Below, in pieces: positions 41,918 to 51,674 of a stretch of DNA of 64,000 bases. The DNA comes from a virus: the IMG/VR virus record IMGVR_UViG_3300027804_000039, positions 32,001 to 96,000 of that record. One strand, written 5' to 3'. A model generated the notes under the pieces. It was not told where the DNA came from. It did no database searches and saw nothing but the letters and a program-made list of their open reading frames with translations. Both the position numbers and the translations under genes were made by a program. The first letter of the stretch is position 1. Each line of letters begins with the position of its first letter.

Positions 41918-42604
41918 TTATGCGATTTCTGGAAACAAACATTCCTGTATGAAAACCCGTACATCTTCCTCATCTAGCCCTAAACTAGCCATTACACGCG
42001 GTGTATGCGGGTTTTGTTTTTGATTGATTGCGTAGTAATTTTGATGTTCTGTAGTATCGTTTGCTGTATTGTTTGTTTCTGCTACAGTACTAAGATAATG
42101 GGCTAGTGTATCTTTAGCCATTTGTATAATTTGTCCTAGTTCTTCGTCGCTTTGTACGTTACCAGCAGCTACCATGCTTGGGCTAAAAATGTTTGTTGCC
42201 CATTCAGGAAGCTGACGCTCTCTGCGCCATTCTAATCGTTTAACGTAGTCTGCAAACCAATCCATCATAGGATGATTTGGGTCTCCTGCTCGACTGTAAT
42301 CATGAAAACAGCCAGTCATTTTGTTTTTGCCTGCTACGACATCAAATCCATATATTGGTGCTGGGTTATGAGTGTGTGGGAAGATGCAACAATGCATCAT
42401 CCACAGGCCTTTTGTTTCTCTAGCATCTACGACGTCAACATGAGCACGACGATAAGAATCGGACCGCCAAACGCGATTAACCCACCCAGGCTGATTAAAA
42501 CGATCCATTCCAGGCTCAAATATTTCTGCGCCAGTTCTATTAAACGAGTCTTCCAAAAGGTGTTGAATATCAATTAACGTATCCCAAACTTTACTTTGTG
42601 ACAT
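41918..42604 (-). CDS. Ferredoxin-dependent bilin reductase (PcyA/PcyX-like)
   Basis: RRAHVDVVD, HCCIFP...PIYGFDV, RQLPEWA..IFS, QKQNPHT. Confidence 0.88.
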   Translation of the reverse strand: MSQSKVWDTLIDIQHLLEDSFNRTGAEIFEPGMDRFNQPGWVNRVWRSDSYRRAHVDVVDARETKGLWMMHCCIFPHTHNPAPIYGFDVVAGKNKMTGCFHDYSRAGDPNHPMMDWFADYVKRLEWRRERQLPEWATNIFSPSMVAAGNVQSDEELGQIIQMAKDTLAHYLSTVAETNNTANDTTEHQNYYAINQKQNPHTPRVMASLGLDEEDVRVFIQECLFPEIA

Positions 42605-43142
42605 CTACTGTACCCATCATATCTTGAAAAAATTCTGTTGCAAAACCAAAACATACTTTTGCTTCGTCTGCTAAATTGTCATCTAACTTTGAACGTAGGA
42701 TATTTTTAATTTGATCAGGATCGCCGTCGAACTTATAGTATTTTCCGTTACCTGGGATACGCTTGGCAATCATTTGCCCGCCTGACAAATCTCCAAAGTG
42801 TCTAACATACAAGTGTGCCAACAGTTTTTTAGGGTCGTCCTTGATTGTCATGATATGATCAATATAACGCTCTGTTGACGGCATTGTTGCAGGAAGGTTA
42901 TCTTGATTTACCCATAGCTCTTTAAAATCTTCTAGGATGCTAGGAGCTCGACGTATTGTAGGATAATCATTTAGTAGTCCGTGCATCATGGCACAGGCTT
43001 CTAACACATCATACATTTTGTGTTGGTTGAATAGGTAAGTAGCATAAATGAGTGGATCAATCTTACCTGAAAATAGAATCTTTACAAACGGCTGTGTTTC
43101 AGCTGTTCTGTGTTGCTCGTGTGTTAAGTCTTTTAGACTCAT
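42591..43142 (-). CDS. Heme oxygenase (HemO/Ho1-like)
   Basis: LKDLTHEQH, YVRHFGDLSGGQMI, EAKVCF. Confidence 0.92.
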   Translation of the reverse strand: MSLKDLTHEQHRTAETQPFVKILFSGKIDPLIYATYLFNQHKMYDVLEACAMMHGLLNDYPTIRRAPSILEDFKELWVNQDNLPATMPSTERYIDHIMTIKDDPKKLLAHLYVRHFGDLSGGQMIAKRIPGNGKYYKFDGDPDQIKNILRSKLDDNLADEAKVCFGFATEFFQDMMGTVDVTK

Positions 43143-43441
43143 TCTTCCTCCAGTTTTATTTGTAGAGGAAAGCCGTTAGTACGTGCTTGGTGTGTTGCTT
43201 CTACAGCTTTTGCTTCTGCAATTTCAAAACTATAGATACCAGCAATCCCACTGCCTGTTTCATGAACTTGAAACATTATATCTTTGGCTGTATCGTGTGA
43301 ATGTTTAAAAATGTCTACTAGAATAGAAATAACAAATTCCATTGGTGTAGAATCGTCGTTTAAAAGAATAACCTTCCAATTCTTTGGTTCGGAAATCTTT
43401 ACTTTGATCTTTTCATCTAGTTGAATATCAGTACCTGGCAT
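43139..43441 (-). CDS. clpS: Clp protease adaptor ClpS
   Basis: VILLNDDSTPMEFV, VHETGSG, FPLQ. Confidence 0.92.
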   Translation of the reverse strand: MPGTDIQLDEKIKVKISEPKNWKVILLNDDSTPMEFVISILVDIFKHSHDTAKDIMFQVHETGSGIAGIYSFEIAEAKAVEATHQARTNGFPLQIKLEEE

Positions 43442-43491
43442 TTCGTTCTCTTTTAAGTGTGGGGGAGTTTCCTCCCCCCGGGTTTCAAAAC

Positions 43492-43917
43492 TTATTTAAT
43501 CTCGATTGAACGAGGTTTTAGAGCTTCTGGAACAATACGCTCGATATCAATCTTAAGCATACCGTCCTTAACTTCTGCGCCCCTAACTTCCATATACTCA
43601 GCAAGAGTAAATGTTTGTTCAAAGTCACGTGCGGCTAACCCTCTGTGCAAGTATTCAATTTCAGATTCAGCCTTGACCTTTTCACCTTTAACAGTTAATT
43701 GGTCTTGGTCAACTTCAACAGTAATTTCTGATTTATCAAAACCTGCTACTGCAACTTCGATACCATACTGGTTTTCACTGTACTTAACGATGTTGTATGG
43801 AGGATAGTTGTTTGTTCGTGTTTCAAAGAAACGATCATTGAAAATACGATCAAATCCTACAAGTGCTCTGTTTAGTTGCGCTAATGCGTTTGTGTCAATA
43901 GTTCTTAATTGTGTCAT
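43492..43917 (-). CDS. Small heat-shock protein Hsp20 (IbpA-like)
   Basis: YPPYNI, AVAGF, YLHRGLAARDF, DGMLKI. Confidence 0.95.
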   Translation of the reverse strand: MTQLRTIDTNALAQLNRALVGFDRIFNDRFFETRTNNYPPYNIVKYSENQYGIEVAVAGFDKSEITVEVDQDQLTVKGEKVKAESEIEYLHRGLAARDFEQTFTLAEYMEVRGAEVKDGMLKIDIERIVPEALKPRSIEIK

Positions 43918-43973
43918 TTTTATCTCCTTTAATTAAGCAAGATTATTGTAGGGCCCGACCATCGGCACCCTAC
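43915..43973 (-). promoter_or_regulatory. ROSE-like RNA thermometer of hsp20
   Basis: UCUUGCU pairs with SD AGGAGA with a bulged G; preceded by a GC-rich hairpin. Confidence 0.65.
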
Positions 43974-43985
43974 GTTTATATTATA

Positions 43986-45887
43986 TTACTTCTTGTCTTC
44001 TGGATCAACTTCTTTGAACTCCGCATTTACGGTTTGTTCGCCCTCAGTTGGTTGGGCAGTTTCAGCAGACGCTTTGGCTTGCTTTTTAGCAAACACTGGG
44101 CTGGCTGCTTCAAACATATTTTGAACTGCTTTGTTGATTGATTCTACATCATCACCATTTCGTGCTTCTTCTACACCCTTAACAGAATCTTCAAACTTAG
44201 TTCTTTCTTCTTCTGTTAATTGATCTTTGAATTCTTCAAAGTCTTTCTTAAGGCTGTGTGTAGCACTCTCTGATTGGTTTTTAGCGTCGATAAGGTCACG
44301 TGCTTTCTTATCAGCTTCTGCATTTGCTTCAGCTTCTTTAATCATACGCTCGATGTCGTCTTTGCTTAAACCACTGTCTGATTTAATAGTGATTTTGTTT
44401 TCTTTACCTGTACCTTTGTCTTTGGCACTGATGTTCATAATACCGTTTGCATCAATATCAAACGTAACTTCAATTTGTGGCATACCGCGTGGAGCAGGAT
44501 TGATGCCATCTAGTTTAAACTCGCCAAGCATTTTATTATACTTGAATAGTTCACGCTCTCCTTGAGCTACTTTAATATCCACGGCAGGTTGATTGTCTTC
44601 TGCTGTTGAGAATGTCTGTGACTTCTTGGTTGGGATAGTTGTGTTCTTCTCAATTAACTTGGTGAAGATTCCACCCATTGTTTCAATTCCCAAGCTCAAC
44701 GGAGTAACGTCTAATAATAGAACGTCTGTCTTGTCGCCTGCTAGAACAGCACCTTGAATTGCGGCACCGGCGGCAACAGCTTCGTCTGGGTTGACGTCTT
44801 TACGTGGTGCTTTGCCAAACAATTTTTCAACTGCTTCTTGCACCTTAGGCATACGTGTTTGTCCACCAACAAGAATTACTTCTGTGATGTCTTTAGCATT
44901 TACGCCGGCGTCTTTGAGCGCAACCTTACATGGCTCAATTGAACGTTGAATTAAATCATCTACCAGTGCTTCAAACTTTGCACGGCTAATTGTAACGTTC
45001 AAGTGCTTAGGACCGCTAGCATCTGCTGTAATGTATGGTAGACTTACTGTTGTTGACTGTGTGCTAGATAATTCAATCTTTGCCTTTTCAGCTGCATCTT
45101 TAAGTCTTTGCAATGCCAACACATCAGTTTTGAGATCAGCACCTGACTCTTTCTTAAATTCATCAACAATGTAGTCCATGAGACGTTGGTCAAAGTCTTC
45201 ACCGCCCAAGAATGTGTCACCGTTTGTGCTCAAAACTTCAATTTGTTTATCGCCATCGATATTTGCGATTTCAATGATGCTGATATCGAATGTACCACCA
45301 CCAAGGTCGTAAACAGCAACTTTGCGATCTTTACTGTCAGCTTTATCAACACCATACGCAAGAGCTGCAGCAGTAGGCTCATTAATAATACGGAGTACTT
45401 CCAAGCCGGCGATTTTTCCAGCATCCTTAGTTGCCTGTCTTTGGCTGTCGTTAAAGTATGCAGGAACTGTGATAACAGCTTTTGTAACTTCTGTACCAAG
45501 ATAATCCTCCGCTGTCTTTTTCATTTTACGTAGAACTTCTGCACTAACTTGTGGTGGTGCTAGTTCTTTGTCTTGAGCACGAATCCATGCATCACCGTTC
45601 TTAGCTTCCATGATTTCGTAAGGCATCAAATCAATGTCTTTCTGAACTTCTTTTTCAGAAAACTTACGACCAATCAAACGCTTGGCTGCATAAATTGTAC
45701 TTTTAGGGTTTGTTACTGCCTGTCGTTTTGCAGTTGCTCCTACAAGAACTTCATCTTGTGTGTAAGCAACGATTGACGGAGTAGTACGGGCGCCTTCAGA
45801 GTTTTCAATAACTTTAGCTACACCGTTTTCTAGAATGGCTACGCAACTATTTGTCGTGCCAAGGTCAATACCAATAATTTTGCTCAT
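43986..45887 (-). CDS. dnaK: Chaperone DnaK (Hsp70)
   Basis: [29 protein letters not shown]; start MSKIIG. Confidence 0.98.
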   Translation of the reverse strand: MSKIIGIDLGTTNSCVAILENGVAKVIENSEGARTTPSIVAYTQDEVLVGATAKRQAVTNPKSTIYAAKRLIGRKFSEKEVQKDIDLMPYEIMEAKNGDAWIRAQDKELAPPQVSAEVLRKMKKTAEDYLGTEVTKAVITVPAYFNDSQRQATKDAGKIAGLEVLRIINEPTAAALAYGVDKADSKDRKVAVYDLGGGTFDISIIEIANIDGDKQIEVLSTNGDTFLGGEDFDQRLMDYIVDEFKKESGADLKTDVLALQRLKDAAEKAKIELSSTQSTTVSLPYITADASGPKHLNVTISRAKFEALVDDLIQRSIEPCKVALKDAGVNAKDITEVILVGGQTRMPKVQEAVEKLFGKAPRKDVNPDEAVAAGAAIQGAVLAGDKTDVLLLDVTPLSLGIETMGGIFTKLIEKNTTIPTKKSQTFSTAEDNQPAVDIKVAQGERELFKYNKMLGEFKLDGINPAPRGMPQIEVTFDIDANGIMNISAKDKGTGKENKITIKSDSGLSKDDIERMIKEAEANAEADKKARDLIDAKNQSESATHSLKKDFEEFKDQLTEEERTKFEDSVKGVEEARNGDDVESINKAVQNMFEAASPVFAKKQAKASAETAQPTEGEQTVNAEFKEVDPEDKK

Positions 45888-45938
45888 TTTTATCTCCTTA
45901 TATCTAAGCAAGAATTTAATAGAACCCGAAGCGTTCTA
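45885..45938 (-). promoter_or_regulatory. ROSE-like RNA thermometer of dnaK
   Basis: UCUUGCUUA...UAAGGAGA pairing with a bulged G; upstream UUCG hairpin. Confidence 0.6.
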
Positions 45939-45947
45939 CACTTTTAT

Positions 45948-46529
45948 TTATACCAGATTATTCTGATTCTTTACTTTTTCAATTAAAATTTCAAAATAAC
46001 TCAAATATAAATCATATGCTTTAATGCTAGTAAGCGGCTGTTCAAATTCTTGTAATTTTTTAAATGTTACTTTAGGTAAGTTCCAGTCACTGCCTCTAGA
46101 ATACATAAAATTATAAGCTTCGACTGCCTGTTGATGTTTATCAGCAATTTTAACAATAGTGTGTTCTTCGTCAGTAGGAGGATCTATTCCTAATGCTTCA
46201 TATATAGTTAGCATCAGCTTGTCCTCTAGTTTGCTAATCACGGCATGTATTTCAGGAATGTGCTTTACTGGACTAGGCAAATCGTTTATGTATGCTTCTG
46301 CTGCATCGTGTAATAGGCCGTGTAGCTGTATCCTTTCGCCGTGAGGAGCAAGTTCCTTCATTACTTGAATACAATGCTGTGCCACAGAGTAAGGAATGTA
46401 CGGTATGCTGTGGCCGCTAAAGCGAGGCATCCTACTGAGGCTCCAAGCAATGTCGCTAATTTCAATAGTGCTTGGATCTGGATCTGTTACGTTAATTTTT
46501 CTACCTGAAACTGTTTCAAGGGTCTTCAT
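45948..46529 (-). CDS. HD-domain 5'-deoxynucleotidase-like (YfbR/YfdR)
   Basis: RFSGH, YSVAQH, LLHDAAEAY..D. Confidence 0.88.
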   Translation of the reverse strand: MKTLETVSGRKINVTDPDPSTIEISDIAWSLSRMPRFSGHSIPYIPYSVAQHCIQVMKELAPHGERIQLHGLLHDAAEAYINDLPSPVKHIPEIHAVISKLEDKLMLTIYEALGIDPPTDEEHTIVKIADKHQQAVEAYNFMYSRGSDWNLPKVTFKKLQEFEQPLTSIKAYDLYLSYFEILIEKVKNQNNLV

Positions 46530-46531
46530 TA

Positions 46532-47119
46532 TTATCTATCATTCCTAAATGGGGTGATGTAACTGCCGTCACTTGTTGTAGAGCTACGTAATGTATTGTA
46601 AACATTTTGAATCCCCACTGCTTGGTTCCAAGCATCTTCTAACGCATGATGTTTTGTAACGGGAGGGCGGTGAGGATTGATGCCTAAATCAAATGCTGTG
46701 CGTACATCACGAACTTGCCAGAAACTCCAAGGGATGGCTTTGCCTACTCTTTTGAATGCAGTTTCGCAAATTGGTACGTCAAATGCAGCACCGTTGCTCC
46801 ACACACGTTTGGCGCCCCAACAAAATTTATAAAGTTGGTCCATAGCATCTTTAATGTGAAGTCTGTCGGCGCCTTCACTAAATGCTTCGTCTTGGACTGC
46901 TTGGTCTTGTTGCCCCCACCACGCAATAGTGTCATCGTTAACAACTAATCCAATTTCATCGCAGCTATCTAAATTGACACGGACATAAAAACTGTCCATT
47001 GCGGGTTCTTCGACATCTTTACCAAAAGGATCAAATTTTACTGCTCCAATGGTAAGAATGGCGGCATCAGTTGATGTCGCCAATGTTTCTAAGTCAATCA
47101 TTACATCTGTATTAGCCAT
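46532..47119 (-). CDS. DEDDh 3'-5' exoribonuclease-like
   Basis: MIDLETL, WSNGAAFD, HHALEDA. Confidence 0.88.
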   Translation of the reverse strand: MANTDVMIDLETLATSTDAAILTIGAVKFDPFGKDVEEPAMDSFYVRVNLDSCDEIGLVVNDDTIAWWGQQDQAVQDEAFSEGADRLHIKDAMDQLYKFCWGAKRVWSNGAAFDVPICETAFKRVGKAIPWSFWQVRDVRTAFDLGINPHRPPVTKHHALEDAWNQAVGIQNVYNTLRSSTTSDGSYITPFRNDR

Positions 47120-47171
47120 ATACTCTTTCTTTATTTGAGAGTATACATTTTAACACAAGATGTTAATAATG

Positions 47172-47402
47172 TCAATACAATTTTGGTGGTAGACTTTCTT
47201 TTTCGAGTTTCTTTTTCCAACGAGCTTTGGCTGCTCCTTTGGCACGTTTACGAGCTGTTGTTGGCTTTTCATAAGACTCTTTTTTGCGGAGTGTGTCCAA
47301 CACACCCGAGTCTTCAACCTTACGCTTAAATCTGCGTAAGGCTTGGTTAATATTTTCATGATCCTTGACAGTTATGCCTGTTCCTTTAGATTTCTGATTC
47401 AT
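47172..47402 (-). CDS. rpsU: Ribosomal protein bS21
   Basis: ALRRFKRKVE..G.L..LR..E.YEKPT..RKR. Confidence 0.9.
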   Translation of the reverse strand: MNQKSKGTGITVKDHENINQALRRFKRKVEDSGVLDTLRKKESYEKPTTARKRAKGAAKARWKKKLEKESLPPKLY

Positions 47403-47802
47403 CATCGTCTTCGTTGTCCTCTTCTTCTGTAAATTGATTAACAATACCTTCTAAATCCCAAATCCTATTTTTACTAATAAGATTGTATGGAGTAGTTTCG
47501 TCTAATGTTATATAGTGTGCGTTTGGTTGTGCCAATAAAAAAGTTACAAAGTTTTTTGTAACAGGGTCACAGTTGTCCACGTCTATAACAACTACATCGA
47601 CTTGCTGGGCTACACTAAGCATCCATGCAATATCTGTTTCGTTTTCATCAAAAATAAAAACATTCAAATCGTCAATGCTTCTACTTAAAATAGTTTGAAA
47701 TTGTTGTTTAACACTATTAGAAGGCTTAACTAGCAGATAACTTAAATTCAAATTAAAAAGTTTATCTGGCGGAGTTATTAGAGTTATTTTTCCTAAGTTC
47801 AT
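47386..47802 (-). CDS. Hypothetical protein
   Basis: 138-aa ORF, ITPPD motif. Confidence 0.75.
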   Translation of the reverse strand: MNLGKITLITPPDKLFNLNLSYLLVKPSNSVKQQFQTILSRSIDDLNVFIFDENETDIAWMLSVAQQVDVVVIDVDNCDPVTKNFVTFLLAQPNAHYITLDETTPYNLISKNRIWDLEGIVNQFTEEEDNEDDDESEI

Positions 47803-48100
47803 ATATTCTACTTACAAATTCTCTTAGTCGTTCCTGACTATAATTGGCAAACTTTGGGCCTTTTGTTTTAGTTTCTTCTACGAAATCGTACAACGCCGGG
47901 TCTGTAAATTTGTCTATGATTAAATCTTTAAAATTATCCTGTCCGTAGATTCTGTACATTTCGTCTTTTGGTTTAATGCTAGAACGGTTTATTCTTGCCC
48001 AAAGTGTTTCTTCTGACTGTTCACCGTTCTGTACATACCCTTCTACGATCTGTTCTTTATTTCTATCTGTCCCTGCGTGTTCTTGGTCATGTATGTCTTT
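47762..48100 (-). CDS. -1 frame extension of the 378-aa membrane protein (candidate frameshift product)
   Basis: Open for 111 codons after the A9 run; the track ATG at 47959 lacks an evident SD. Confidence 0.5.
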   Translation of the reverse strand, partial: KDIHDQEHAGTDRNKEQIVEGYVQNGEQSEETLWARINRSSIKPKDEMYRIYGQDNFKDLIIDKFTDPALYDFVEETKTKGPKFANYSQERLREFVSRIYELRKNNSNNSAR

Positions 48101-49179
48101 TTTTTTGAATCTTCTTCTGGAGGTAAGTCGACGGGCAACTCTTTTACTTTAGATTCTTCTTCCACTGCCTTTTCTGCTTCGGCAATCATTTGATTCCATT
48201 GCTCAACAGATACACCTTCGATTGATGATTGTTCTTCTACTCTACTTTGAATCCTGGCTTCGGCTTCTTTTAAAAAGTCTTTTTCCAGTTCAACTGTGGG
48301 TTGAGCAATCACCGGTTCAATTCGTTTTTCTTCTTCTTTTACAATAAAGGGCCACGGTGTTTGAAGTGATGGCTTTTCAGAAACTTCTTGTTGTGTTTCC
48401 TCAACAGGCTCGAGACGATTTTGTCTATGCCATTGGAACGTCATTTGAGCGGCTAGGAGCATTATAACCGCTAATGGATCGAATACAATAACAATTAAGA
48501 TAATGACCCAAGTAACTGCCTTCTCGAGCATGTTTACATCTTCGCCTTGTTCTCCATAGATAAACTTGGCAATATACTTTAATGGACCGACCTCTGCTTC
48601 CACCTTACGTACTTCAGCGGCGATGGGTGCCCGTTCCTCACTAAGTTTGGCAATAGTTTTCTGTTCGGCTGTGATCTCAGAAAGTAATCTAGTGCGTTCT
48701 TTGGCCTGCCCTCTACGGAGCGCAACTGCCTTGTCCGCACCTTTTTCGTCTTGACTTCGACCCATAACTTGGTCCACAGCCTCATCCATTTGTTTGAGTG
48801 CTTTGCGATTAGCATCGATATTTTCCTTTGCTGTTTTAATCTTTTCATCATAGACAGCAATCTTACTTTGAACATCACCGCTAACTAAGTTTTGGTCGTT
48901 GTGTGCTTTTGATAGAAAGCCGAAGATACCCATCGACGTGATTATCATTAATACTACAACTGCTGAACTCATGTAGTATTTCATGAAACGTGGAGCACGT
49001 TCCCAGTTGGCTTTTAGCCACGATGCACATACTAGTTTAGCAACCTCTAGTGTTGTTCCCATTACAATAATAGGAATTACAGCCGCAGAGAAAATAGCGG
49101 CCAAACCTACTACGGAGTAGTAGATTGCGACCGCCGAAATTGTTAAACCAGTTAGTAGTAGTAACCAGGCTAGTATCAT
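48043..49179 (-). CDS. Membrane protein with periplasmic coiled coil
   Basis: Several TM helices, coiled coil, acidic tail; TCA AAA AAA AAG near the 3' end. Confidence 0.8.
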   Translation of the reverse strand: MILAWLLLLTGLTISAVAIYYSVVGLAAIFSAAVIPIIVMGTTLEVAKLVCASWLKANWERAPRFMKYYMSSAVVVLMIITSMGIFGFLSKAHNDQNLVSGDVQSKIAVYDEKIKTAKENIDANRKALKQMDEAVDQVMGRSQDEKGADKAVALRRGQAKERTRLLSEITAEQKTIAKLSEERAPIAAEVRKVEAEVGPLKYIAKFIYGEQGEDVNMLEKAVTWVIILIVIVFDPLAVIMLLAAQMTFQWHRQNRLEPVEETQQEVSEKPSLQTPWPFIVKEEEKRIEPVIAQPTVELEKDFLKEAEARIQSRVEEQSSIEGVSVEQWNQMIAEAEKAVEEESKVKELPVDLPPEEDSKKKTYMTKNTQGQIEIKNRS

Positions 49180-49189
49180 CGATTGCCTA

Positions 49190-49798
49190 TTATTCTGCGT
49201 CGCCCGAAGAGTCAGCTGTTGTTAATTCGGTTCCATCAATCTGGGTAACTGCTACAGTACCAAGTGTTTGGCTAGCTGTTGCACCAGTATGGGTCGCAGT
49301 AATTGACAACATGTTGTCTGTACCTGTTGCACCGTTATATACACGGGCGTTGGCTGTTGTCGATAAACGAATTGCTTTTGCAATTTCGTTTTTGATGTAA
49401 AGCGCCTTAGATGTAATGCTACCGCTGGCAATATCAGTTCCTGTTGCAGGAATAAATGCATCGCGGTCATACTTAACTGTAAACGCTAAAGTTGTTGCCT
49501 GTGCATCACCGTTAGATTCGTCACTGTCTACTTCGATGTCTAAGACTTGGCAGTCTGCTAGACCGGATAGTTGATTTACAATGTTACGGAAACGCATATT
49601 TCCTCTTGCACGAGCTTTACCTTTAGCAAGGGTAGTTGGCAGATTTGCAGTTGAAAAACTGTCAGAACTGTTTGGTGTTACTCCACCGTTGTCGTCGCTG
49701 TCAGTTGTTGGGTAATAGGTTGTGTTTGTCATTGTTAACACAACTCTGTAAAAACCAGGTGCTAATTGGTTTGAGTCTTGTTGAAATCCAGATGGCAT
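49190..49798 (-). CDS. Hypothetical (possibly virion) protein
   Basis: Thr/Ser-rich; late promoter upstream. Confidence 0.7.
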   Translation of the reverse strand: MPSGFQQDSNQLAPGFYRVVLTMTNTTYYPTTDSDDNGGVTPNSSDSFSTANLPTTLAKGKARARGNMRFRNIVNQLSGLADCQVLDIEVDSDESNGDAQATTLAFTVKYDRDAFIPATGTDIASGSITSKALYIKNEIAKAIRLSTTANARVYNGATGTDNMLSITATHTGATASQTLGTVAVTQIDGTELTTADSSGDAE

Positions 49799-49834
49799 GT
49801 TATGCTCCTAAGTTATCTAATATTTATCGTTATT

Positions 49835-50182
49835 TTACTTGAAAACTATCAATGCCAGCAAGGCTGCTTGGATAAAAAACCCAAGCCCAATAGTAACAAT
49901 ATTCAACAAGTCCTTTTGGATTGTTGCTTTGATAAAGAACAAAAACAAGCCCAACCAGCTAAAAAGCACCATATCTACGGGTGGCATCTTTTCAGTTAAG
50001 CCTGTTAGAATAGCAACCATAGTTGGAATGGTTGCCATATGTAGCAGAACCACAGCAATCCAACCTGCGGTTTCTGCTGAAATATGAGGTGCATGTTCTT
50101 TAATGTTTTTAACCCACAAGTCTAAATTAAATAGATCTTGAAAGAATTTTTTAACTGAAACTCTGATTGTTTCTGTATTCAT
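49835..50182 (-). CDS. Small multi-TM membrane protein
   Basis: Three hydrophobic helices. Confidence 0.75.
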   Translation of the reverse strand: MNTETIRVSVKKFFQDLFNLDLWVKNIKEHAPHISAETAGWIAVVLLHMATIPTMVAILTGLTEKMPPVDMVLFSWLGLFLFFIKATIQKDLLNIVTIGLGFFIQAALLALIVFK

Positions 50183-50192
50183 TTATGTCCTC

Positions 50193-50723
50193 TTATTTGT
50201 AAAAAATGTGACGGCCAATTTTGGCTACTTTTTCTCTTTTCCAACCCGGGTTTATGTAGTCTCCATGAAAGTACATAGCATCCTTAACAGACTGTAGTCT
50301 GAAGCCTTCTAACAATACTTTTTTGGCTACTTCCATAGATTCGTAATAAACGGGTCCATTCATAGGCTTCTTTAAAGAAGCACTATCGCAATACCAGCTA
50401 AACTGGCAAAGAACTTTTTCATATACAATGTTCTTTTGATATACAACCTTGCAGATGTCACTAGGGAATTGTCCGCTTTCTGCACGATTGATTGTAACTT
50501 GTGCAACTGCTACTTTGCCTTCAAAAGGCTCGTAGCCTGCTTCGTGATAAATGTTACGAGCAAGACAGTCTAATTGTTTCTGTCTCATATCTGCTGTAAC
50601 CGGGCTTATGGCCATTCTTGCGGTCTTTAGTGTTTCCAACTTATACGTTACCGCTTTATAACCACCTACTGCTACTAACATTAGTGCTAGAGCAAAAAAT
50701 ACAAATTTAATGATGCGTATCAT
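50193..50723 (-). CDS. SleB-like cell wall hydrolase (Hydrolase_2)
   Basis: CLARNIYHEAGYE, VAQVTINR, QFSW, IGRHIFY. Confidence 0.9.
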   Translation of the reverse strand: MIRIIKFVFFALALMLVAVGGYKAVTYKLETLKTARMAISPVTADMRQKQLDCLARNIYHEAGYEPFEGKVAVAQVTINRAESGQFPSDICKVVYQKNIVYEKVLCQFSWYCDSASLKKPMNGPVYYESMEVAKKVLLEGFRLQSVKDAMYFHGDYINPGWKREKVAKIGRHIFYK

Positions 50724-50889
50724 TGTTTTCTCCTTTACGCTGGATGAGTCCTCGCTAGGGACACTTTTAATAAATGGCTTCGATACATCTCCTCATGCGT
50801 TAAAAGCCTACTGCTCGTTGTACCCCAACCTTTGAGGTACAATATATAGTTATGCCTGATCATCTCCAATAAAAACATAAGTTTTTAGG

Positions 50890-51288
50890 TTATCTACGCA
50901 TTTTACTAATATCCACTGCTTCTTCGTCGCTAAAAACGGGCACAGCATTACTTTTATGCATGGTTGCAATGCCTTTTACCTTAGTTCCTGTATAGACTTT
51001 TGGTGCAGGAACAGTGCATGGACCACCAGTAAACGGTAAACTTGGATGTTTAACATCTGTGCCATATCGGGTATATGGCTTGTTATCTGGCTTCCAAACA
51101 TCGGCAGTTAGAGCACGTTTACGCTTTTTCTCTTCTGCTTCGATGCCCCATTTCTTTTGTAGCTCTTTCCAAGATTCGTCCAATTCTCTAGCCTTTCTAG
51201 CATGTTCTGCTGAAGCAAATTTCTTTTTACCTTTTTGCTTGCCTGTAGTACTAAGCCACGGGCCTTCTAAATGCATACTCAAAATCAT
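50890..51288 (-). CDS. Conserved T4-like hypothetical protein
   Basis: YTG..VKGIATMHKSNAVPVF motif. Confidence 0.7.
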   Translation of the reverse strand: MILSMHLEGPWLSTTGKQKGKKKFASAEHARKARELDESWKELQKKWGIEAEEKKRKRALTADVWKPDNKPYTRYGTDVKHPSLPFTGGPCTVPAPKVYTGTKVKGIATMHKSNAVPVFSDEEAVDISKMRR

Positions 51289-51347
51289 TCTCCAAAAATA
51301 ATACTATTCCGTTATTATATAGGAGATTTTGGTTTATGTCAAATGTT

Positions 51348-51674
51348 TTAGACTCGAAAACTTTCGCCGCAGCCACAGCGATCCTTTTCGTTTGGATTTT
51401 GGAATTCAAATCCTTCGTTGAGTCCGTTTCGAACCCAATCAATGCACAGGCCTTTAATGTAAACTAATGACTTTTGATCAACCAAAACAACAAAGTCGTC
51501 CTGTGCATAATTAGTAACACCCATTTCTGCCTCGTAGGTGTCTACATATTCAAGTGTATAGGCAAGGCCGCTACAGCCTGTAGTTTTGACACCAACTCGA
51601 ATGCCAACACCCTTACCTCTGTTTTTTAAAAGTTGTTTAATTTTCTGTCGAGCTGTGTCGGTTACGGTAATCAT
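51348..51674 (-). CDS. iscA: Fe-S assembly A-type carrier IscA
   Basis: GCSGLAY, CGCGESF. Confidence 0.95.
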   Translation of the reverse strand: MITVTDTARQKIKQLLKNRGKGVGIRVGVKTTGCSGLAYTLEYVDTYEAEMGVTNYAQDDFVVLVDQKSLVYIKGLCIDWVRNGLNEGFEFQNPNEKDRCGCGESFRV

